Shown here piece by piece: positions 1-5,061 of a DNA stretch of 7,774 nucleotides. Source of the stretch: Candidatus Woesearchaeota archaeon (GTDB lineage Archaea; Nanobdellota; Nanobdellia; Nanobdellales; CAZNIQ01); assembly GCA_964573185.1 (NCBI GenBank), contig CAZNIQ010000019.1:5887-13660 (forward strand), read 5' to 3'. The notes below the pieces were generated by a model. That model saw nothing but the letters and a program-made list of their open reading frames with translations, was not told the origin of the DNA and ran no database searches. The position numbers and the translations under genes were made by a program. Numbering within the stretch: the first letter of the stretch is position 1; every line of letters starts with the position of its first letter.

Positions 1-1121
1 TTTAAAATATACTTCTCATATTGCAACATTGCTGGGCAAAAGTAACAGCCTATTCGTTCTATACCTAAATCATATAATGGATTATATGGTATTCTTCTGT
101 AAAAAATATATAACCACAATTCTAAGCCATTCCAATCTAAAATGGGAAATACTTGATAAGCATTAGGAATAAAGGGGTTTTTTCTAAAGTATGGGTACTT
201 TGCTCTTGAATAACTTTCATATTTCCTTACCCCTTCAAAAGATAGTACTTCTTTATATTTTTTAAGATATTCTTTTAAAGGATTTAACTTTAAAAATTCT
301 GTACACCATCTATTATCTTTTGTTGGAAATCCTCTTTTCTTTACTTCTTCCCAGAAATCTCCTTTAGGTTTTAAGATCGTAATATTCTTTCCTATAAATT
401 TTTCAAAAGTTCTAACAAATTCTATTGTTTCTTCATGTTCAAATCCAGTATCTATAAAGATTATTTCATCAACGTAATCTTTAGATAGATAAGAAACTAC
501 TGTAGAATCTTTTCCTCCAGAAAAAGCAGCAAATCTGAATTCACCAAAATCTTTATACTTTTCTATTAATTCTATAGCTTTACTTTCAATATTTTCTAAA
601 TGTCCTTTATTAACTTTTATCCAATCCTTTAGAGTACTTTTAGGTAATTTTTCAAACTGATGTCTTATAGCATCTATTACTTTTATCTTATTTCCAAGGT
701 TCTTAGCAACACCGTATGATCTGGAATTCTCATCATAGAAAGTAAAATACTCTTTGTCAATATTTGCTTTTATATCAAATTTCTTTCCTTTAATTCTTCT
801 TTTGGGAAGTTTTAAGATAATATCTGGTTCAACTAAGGAAGCTAAAGCTGCAGAGGGTATAAACTTCAATTTTCCATCAAAGAAAAGTTTACCCAAAAGA
901 ATTCCATCCGCATAAAGCTTACAAGCCCAGTCAGTATACGGAAATCTTGAAATTACAATAGGACTATTTGGAGAATATCTATATTCTCTTAGTATTTCTT
1001 TTATTCTCTTCTCCTCTTCTTTCAACACTATTCTAACATCTATTTCAATAGGAATTAAATCGTATCCTTTAGAACCATCTAGTATTGGAGCATTAGTATA
1101 TTTATCCCACTTGATGTACAT
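1..1121 (-). CDS. PP-loop ATP pyrophosphatase / PAPS-reductase-family protein with ~195-aa N-terminal extension; partial, C-terminus runs off the left edge
   Basis: Missing from the supplied track because there is no stop inside the window. I translated the reverse strand from the ATG (complement of 1119-1121), which is preceded in frame by a TAA (1122-1124). I checked every in-frame triplet down to position 3 and found no stop (373 codons). The translation contains the PP-loop FRFAAFSGGKDST (SGGKDS = nt 504-521), DNRWCTEFLKLNPL, and GCYFCP near the edge. These are hallmark blocks of the PAPS reductase / PP-loop family. Confidence 0.85.
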   Translation of the reverse strand, partial: MYIKWDKYTNAPILDGSKGYDLIPIEIDVRIVLKEEEKRIKEILREYRYSPNSPIVISRFPYTDWACKLYADGILLGKLFFDGKLKFIPSAALASLVEPDIILKLPKRRIKGKKFDIKANIDKEYFTFYDENSRSYGVAKNLGNKIKVIDAIRHQFEKLPKSTLKDWIKVNKGHLENIESKAIELIEKYKDFGEFRFAAFSGGKDSTVVSYLSKDYVDEIIFIDTGFEHEETIEFVRTFEKFIGKNITILKPKGDFWEEVKKRGFPTKDNRWCTEFLKLNPLKEYLKKYKEVLSFEGVRKYESYSRAKYPYFRKNPFIPNAYQVFPILDWNGLELWLYIFYRRIPYNPLYDLGIERIGCYFCPAMLQYEKYIL

Positions 1122-1128
1122 TTAAAAA
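1121..1128 (+). promoter_or_regulatory. TATA-like box (TTTAAAAA) positioned for a leaderless pcm transcript
   Basis: TTTAAAAA is centred ~24-25 nt upstream of the ATG at 1149, which is the archaeal TATA-to-TSS spacing. It overlaps the start codon of the divergent gene. AT-rich background makes chance matches likely. Confidence 0.3.
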
Positions 1129-1148
1129 AGAGAGTTCTAAAGATTATT

Positions 1149-1811
1149 ATGTACTTTGGATCTAATGATGAATTAGTAGATTACTTAAAAGAATTAGGAT
1201 TTATAAGGTCTAAAAGAGTTGAACAAGCTTTTAGAGCAGTAGATCGTAAGGATTTTGTTCCTGATGAATACAAGGAAATGGCTTATTTTGATAAAGTAAT
1301 TCCTATCGGTTATGGTCAAACAACATCTCAGCCATCTTTAATAGCCCAAATGCTAGAAGAATTAGATATAAAACCCGGAATGAAAGTTTTAGAAATAGGA
1401 ACTGGTTCTGGATATGTTACTGCTTTATTATCCTATTTGGTTGGTCCTGAAGGAAAAGTTATTTCTATAGAAAGAATACCTGAATTAGCTGAATTTGCTA
1501 AGAGAAATTTATCTAAATATCCTTTTACAAAAAATGTCGAGATTATTGTTGGAGATGGTACATTAGGATATCCAAAAGAAGCCCCTTACGATAGAATATA
1601 TGTTGGAGCTGCCGCCCCAGAAATTCCAAAACCGTTATTATGGCAATTAAAGGAAAATGGGATAATGATAATTCCAGTAGGTCCAGAATATGGACAAACT
1701 CTATATAAAATTATAAAGAAAAAAGATAAAATTGAAAAAATACCGATAGAGGATGTTATTTTTGTTCCTTTAATTGGGAAATATGGATATGATGAAGAGG
1801 AATGGAAATGA
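1149..1811 (+). CDS. pcm: protein-L-isoaspartate (D-aspartate) O-methyltransferase
   Basis: ATG at 1149, TGA at 1809-1811, 220 aa. Canonical PIMT blocks are present: GYGQTTSQPSLIAQMLE, the SAM motif VLEIGTGSGYVTALL, DRIYVGAAAPEIP, and MIIPVG...FVPL. Confidence 0.95.
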   Translation: MYFGSNDELVDYLKELGFIRSKRVEQAFRAVDRKDFVPDEYKEMAYFDKVIPIGYGQTTSQPSLIAQMLEELDIKPGMKVLEIGTGSGYVTALLSYLVGPEGKVISIERIPELAEFAKRNLSKYPFTKNVEIIVGDGTLGYPKEAPYDRIYVGAAAPEIPKPLLWQLKENGIMIIPVGPEYGQTLYKIIKKKDKIEKIPIEDVIFVPLIGKYGYDEEEWK

Positions 1812-2933
1812 TTATAGTAGCTCTATTTTTGGTATTCTCCTCTCTTTTTCTTCTTTAAACCTCTCTAACTGTTCTTCTAGTACTTCTAAAGCATTTCTTA
1901 AAGCATTATATAATTCCCAACCTTCATCTTGTGCATAAAACCTTCCTTTCTCGGAGAACAATCTTATTCTTACAGTATAAAATCTCATTGTATTATCCTG
2001 CTCAACTACTTCTTTTACTCTCTTAATATAAACATAAACTTGAATGTAATTTCCTAATATGCTCTTAAATCTTCTTATTATTTTTCTTTCAATAACGGTC
2101 CTTATCCATTCTTTATCGATTTCGTCCAACACTATATTTACTGGGTGTATTATTATTTCAACTTCTTTCTTTTTCTCAAAGGCTATTTCCTCTAAAATAT
2201 CTTTTCTAGTAATGATACCAACCAAATTGTCATTCTCGTCAACAACAGGTAAACCAGAGATATTCTTTTCTAACATTATTTCAATCGCTTTTTTAACAGG
2301 CTCATCATATCTTATTGTTATAACTGGAGAAGTCATTATTCCCTCCACGGGTAATGCTAATGAAGGATAATGTTCAGATCTTTCCCCAAACTCCGGTTTT
2401 TCTTTTGGATAAACTAATTTTTCAATTATATCTCTTGCAGTAATAATTCCTACAACCTTTTTACCCTCAACAATTGGTATTCTAGATATGTGCTTCTTTC
2501 TCATAATGCTAATAGCTTTTGCAACCTTCGCTTTTGGTGGTAAAGTAATAACATCCTCAACCATCAAATCCGCAACTAAAAGTTTAATTTTGTCTTTATA
2601 TAACTCTAACAGTTTTGAAGAGTTTACTATGCCCTCTATTTTTTCTTCAGTTCCTATAGGTACTATTCTTGATCCGGATTCTATCATTTTCTTAGCAATT
2701 CTTACCGGATTTACTTCTTTTTCTGGATGCAATCTGATAGTGATTTTCTCTACTTTCATTTCTGGATCCATTCTAGTTCTTATTATTGTTTTTTCATTAG
2801 CAACCCCATAATATTTTCCTTTATCCAAAACAACAACTCCTTCTATATATGGATCCTCTCTAAATATTCCTACTAATTTGGATATAGTTTCGTCCTTTTC
2901 TATGGTAGGATAATTCCTAATTACGATATCCAT
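1812..2933 (-). CDS. four-CBS-domain protein with a non-CBS C-terminal domain (HPF/RaiA-like)
   Basis: ATG is the complement of 2931-2933 and TAA the complement of 1812-1814; 373 aa. Four CBS repeats lie at about aa 1-56, 58-114, 118-173 and 194-252. Examples are RIPIVEGKKVVGIITARDIIEKL and GLPVVDENDNLVGIITRKDILEEI. A distinct C-terminal domain spans aa 257-373. Confidence 0.9.
   Translation of the reverse strand: MDIVIRNYPTIEKDETISKLVGIFREDPYIEGVVVLDKGKYYGVANEKTIIRTRMDPEMKVEKITIRLHPEKEVNPVRIAKKMIESGSRIVPIGTEEKIEGIVNSSKLLELYKDKIKLLVADLMVEDVITLPPKAKVAKAISIMRKKHISRIPIVEGKKVVGIITARDIIEKLVYPKEKPEFGERSEHYPSLALPVEGIMTSPVITIRYDEPVKKAIEIMLEKNISGLPVVDENDNLVGIITRKDILEEIAFEKKKEVEIIIHPVNIVLDEIDKEWIRTVIERKIIRRFKSILGNYIQVYVYIKRVKEVVEQDNTMRFYTVRIRLFSEKGRFYAQDEGWELYNALRNALEVLEEQLERFKEEKERRIPKIELL
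1815..2165 (-). other. C-terminal domain resembling the HPF/RaiA (ribosomal S30AE / sigma-54 modulation protein) fold
   Basis: The sequence is VEIIIHPVNIVLDEIDKEWIRTVIERKIIRRFKSILGNYIQVYVYIKRVKE...FYTVRIRLFSEKGRFYAQDEGWELYNALRNALEVLEEQLERFKEEK. It parallels E. coli HPF as I remember it: LNITGNNVEITEALREFVTAKFAKLEQYFDRINQVYVVLKVEK...[38 protein letters not shown]. This is a pattern match by eye only. Confidence 0.5.
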
Positions 2934-2942
2934 TTAGATTTT

Positions 2943-2954
2943 AAAAAAGAAAAA
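2943..2954 (-). terminator. oligo-T tract (TTTTTCTTTTTT on the minus strand) directly 3' of the 127-aa gene
   Basis: Archaeal termination typically uses T-runs. This one starts 2 nt after the TAA (2956-2958). It lies only ~10-20 nt upstream of the CBS gene start, so read-through or coupling cannot be excluded. T-runs are common in this composition. Confidence 0.25.
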
Positions 2955-2955
2955 T

Positions 2956-3339
2956 TTATTTCTTTTCTTCTTTGAGTTCCTTCTCTACTTTCTCAACTTC
3001 TCTTTCAATTTTAACCTCTAGTGATACTGCTTTCTCAAGCATTCTTCTTAAAATCCACAAATCTCTAGCTATAATGAATAATGCTAATAGTAATAACCAT
3101 GGTAAAACAAGATATCCTAAAAGGGATATTGTAAAAGCACCAAAGCTAACTATTTTAATCCCAAAAGTAGACAGAACTGCATTTAAAGACTGCTTTAATT
3201 GTCCAAGATTTGCTATTACATCAAAAGAAGCCAGAATTATTAATATGGAGAATATTGCCAAAAATGCTATTACTATGTCTTCTAAGAAAACTTCTATTTT
3301 CTCTAGTTTTCTTGCCAGATCTTTAAAGTTCTTGCACAT
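2956..3339 (-). CDS. small integral membrane protein (about 3 TM helices) with charged helical N- and C-termini; function unknown
   Basis: ATG is the complement of 3337-3339; 127 aa. Hydrophobic segments are IVIAFLAIFSILIILASF, IVSFGAFTISLLGYLV and LPWLLLLALFIIA. The tail is K/E-rich: EVKIEREVEKVEKELKEEKK. A weak resemblance to PsiE-like proteins is not supportable by eye. Confidence 0.75.
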   Translation of the reverse strand: MCKNFKDLARKLEKIEVFLEDIVIAFLAIFSILIILASFDVIANLGQLKQSLNAVLSTFGIKIVSFGAFTISLLGYLVLPWLLLLALFIIARDLWILRRMLEKAVSLEVKIEREVEKVEKELKEEKK

Positions 3340-3359
3340 AAAAAATAAGAGCGGCAGAG

Positions 3360-3367
3360 ATTTAAAT
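3360..3367 (-). promoter_or_regulatory. palindromic TATA-like box ATTTAAAT, possible internal promoter for the 127-aa gene
   Basis: It is centred ~24-25 nt upstream of the ATG at 3339, within the 37-nt spacer after the upstream stop (3377-3379). Confidence 0.3.
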
Positions 3368-3376
3368 TCTTTATTG

Positions 3377-4027
3377 TTAACTCTTAGTTTTACCGAATTC
3401 CTTTTCAGCCTCTTTTCTTAAGAGATCTCTTAACATTTCTAATATTGGTTTCTTCTCCTCTTTAGGTTTCTCAGGTTGTGATAACCACCAAATTATTGCT
3501 ATGAAGAATATCACAATTACTAGCATTGTTTGTACTGCAGGATCTTGAAGGTACTTGAATAGAACATCTAAAATACTTGCTGCTTCTTTTACCTCTTGAA
3601 CTTTGCTTTGGAACTTTAGGTAATAAAAACCTATAGCAAATATCGCTAACAAAGATAATGTAGGTATCCAAGCAGACCCTTGCCTAGCTCTTTCACCATA
3701 TATCAAACCACCTAAAATTAATATACCTAGATAAGCTATCATTAAGTAAAATACCAAGGAATACAAATCGGTAATATACCCTACCACAAATTCTAAAGCG
3801 TTTGCAAAGACGAATAATGCAAAGGCTAAAACTACTGTAATTAAACCCTTCAATTTTCTCTCTTTTGGAAAATCAATTCTATCTAATATTCCGTAAATAA
3901 CTGCTAAAGTTAGTAATACTGATGGAACAACTGTAAAGAAGCCCAAGGACTGTAGTGTCTGGAAAGCTTGTACTAATGTATTTGAAGACCCTATAGTATT
4001 TATCGTATTTACTATTTCTGCCGTCAT
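3377..4027 (-). CDS. multi-pass membrane protein, paralog C of a tandem family (WWLSQPEK motif plus charged amphipathic tail)
   Basis: The track lists 3377-4042 (221 aa), but the codon at 4042-4040 is TTG. The first ATG is at 4027-4025 (216 aa: MTAEIVNT...). It overlaps the upstream TGA as ATGA and has GGTGG 8 nt upstream. Either start is possible. The protein has N-terminal LGFFTVVPSVLLTLAVIYGILDR, several TM helices, and a last helix ending IIWWLSQPEKPKEEKK. Confidence 0.8.
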   Translation of the reverse strand: MTAEIVNTINTIGSSNTLVQAFQTLQSLGFFTVVPSVLLTLAVIYGILDRIDFPKERKLKGLITVVLAFALFVFANALEFVVGYITDLYSLVFYLMIAYLGILILGGLIYGERARQGSAWIPTLSLLAIFAIGFYYLKFQSKVQEVKEAASILDVLFKYLQDPAVQTMLVIVIFFIAIIWWLSQPEKPKEEKKPILEMLRDLLRKEAEKEFGKTKS

Positions 4028-4458
4028 TTTGACAACCACCAAATTAATATTAAGAACGTTCCCATCATAACAACCAATACTAGAACTCCGGGATCAATAG
4101 TAATACCTCCTACATTTGTTCCTTTTGGCAATAATGGTGCTATAAATAAGTAAGCTACAATAACTACGGATGCGAAGAATACTAGTGCTTTCAAAGCATC
4201 ACTTTTTACTCCCGGAAATATCAGTCCTGCTGCAATTATTAAAGCTAATAAAGTCAGTACATACATTGACATTTCGGGAATAGCATAAGAGAGCCACTGC
4301 CCTATATCTGTTCTTCCAAAAGCAAATAAAGCTATAGAAATTGCAATTAGCTTATTTACTTTTTCATTTTTGAAAATTCCAGATTGTTTTACAAGTACAT
4401 ATGATAATGTAAAGGCTAATAGTGATATGAAGAATTGATAAATAATGTTGACCTCCAT
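4024..4458 (-). CDS. multi-pass membrane protein, paralog B of the tandem family (ends LILIWWLSK)
   Basis: ATG is the complement of 4456-4458, 1 nt after the upstream TAA; 144 aa. It shares KLIAISIALFAFG with paralog A's SLVALSIALIAVG, and shares the terminal WWLSK. Confidence 0.8.
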   Translation of the reverse strand: MEVNIIYQFFISLLAFTLSYVLVKQSGIFKNEKVNKLIAISIALFAFGRTDIGQWLSYAIPEMSMYVLTLLALIIAAGLIFPGVKSDALKALVFFASVVIVAYLFIAPLLPKGTNVGGITIDPGVLVLVVMMGTFLILIWWLSK

Positions 4459-4459
4459 T

Positions 4460-5017
4460 TTAAGAACTTTGCTGTTGCTTTTTTTGTTCTTTTTTCTCAG
4501 GCTTGGTTAACCACCATACTACTATAAAGAATATTCCTAACATTACAAATCCAACTATCATCTCTAAAAGCTCTTGCGGTATAGAACCTACAGAAGAACC
4601 TACTGCACTGGGATTAAAGAAACCTAAAACATATAATAACCATAAGAATACTGCTGCAGCAGTTCCACCGCCTAATAAAGCTTTCCATCTTTTAGACATT
4701 TTCATTAATTCTTCATAAGATACTCCTCCGGTAAAACCAGCAACCATTATTATCCCAAAAATCGTTACAACAACTAATCCTATATATGGTAATATTATTT
4801 GTAATAATCTTAATATTTGATAAGAGCCTACTGCTATTAAAGCTATAGAAAGTGCTACTAGAGATGATAATTTTGTATCAACCTCCTTCCCTTTCTTAAA
4901 GAATTGTAATCTTATTAGAATTCCGTAAACTAAAGCCCAGATAAGTAATAAAGGAAGAAATATGTCAAAAAACCCAATATTTCTTAATACTTCAAGTATA
5001 GTTTCAAATGCTGACAT
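4460..5017 (-). CDS. multi-pass membrane protein, paralog A of the tandem family (about 5 TM helices, ends VVWWLTKPEKKEQKKQQQSS)
   Basis: ATG is the complement of 5015-5017; 185 aa. It has N-terminal IGFFDIFLPLLLIWALVYGILIR and five hydrophobic helices. The positive-inside rule suggests N-out/C-in topology. Confidence 0.85.
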   Translation of the reverse strand: MSAFETILEVLRNIGFFDIFLPLLLIWALVYGILIRLQFFKKGKEVDTKLSSLVALSIALIAVGSYQILRLLQIILPYIGLVVVTIFGIIMVAGFTGGVSYEELMKMSKRWKALLGGGTAAAVFLWLLYVLGFFNPSAVGSSVGSIPQELLEMIVGFVMLGIFFIVVWWLTKPEKKEQKKQQQSS

Positions 5018-5028
5018 TAGAATTATGA

Positions 5029-5036
5029 TTTATAAA
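5029..5036 (+). promoter_or_regulatory. TATA box TTTATAAA for leaderless trm5-like transcript
   Basis: It is centred ~29 nt upstream of the ATG at 5062, inside a 44-nt divergent spacer. No Shine-Dalgarno-like sequence lies between it and the ATG. Confidence 0.45.
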
Positions 5037-5040
5037 TCTC

Positions 5041-5048
5041 AATTTAAA
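5041..5048 (-). promoter_or_regulatory. TATA-like box (TTTAAATT on the minus strand) for the membrane-paralog gene string
   Basis: It is centred ~27 nt upstream of the minus-strand ATG at 5017. It lies beyond the + strand TATA, so the two divergent promoters cross. Confidence 0.4.
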
Positions 5049-5061
5049 GGTTCGTTAAACA

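Noticed and set aside
2059-2811. Track ORFs 2059-2370 (+) and 2488-2811 (+)
   Set aside because: They are antisense to the well-supported CBS gene. Their F/S/I/L-rich low-complexity translations are what the complement of K/E/I-rich codons produces. They have no motifs and no plausible start context.
2972-3421. Track ORF 2972-3421 (+), 149 aa
   Set aside because: It is antisense to the 127-aa membrane gene and runs through the intergenic spacer into the next gene. Its S/F/T-rich shadow composition contrasts with the minus-strand frames, which give coherent TM proteins.
3471-3671. Track ORF 3471-3671 (-), 66 aa
   Set aside because: It is an alternate frame inside paralog C. The basic, Cys/Ser-rich translation does not look like a protein, whereas the overlapping frame encodes a conserved paralog.
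4024-4458. The 144-aa gene as a truncated pseudogene or a frameshifted half of the following gene
   Set aside because: It ends exactly at the family's terminal WWLSK helix, and the next gene begins with the family's own N-terminal helix. These are two complete paralogs, not one split gene.
3467-4516. WWL(S/T)KPEK ends as PEP-CTERM / PGF-CTERM type sorting signals
   Set aside because: Those signals have the short motif first, then a TM helix, then a basic tail, at the extreme C-terminus of secreted proteins. Here the motif follows the last helix of polytopic membrane proteins, and paralog C continues for ~30 more residues.
4503-4718. Track ORF 4503-4718 (+), 71 aa
   Set aside because: It is antisense to paralog A and has no supporting signals.
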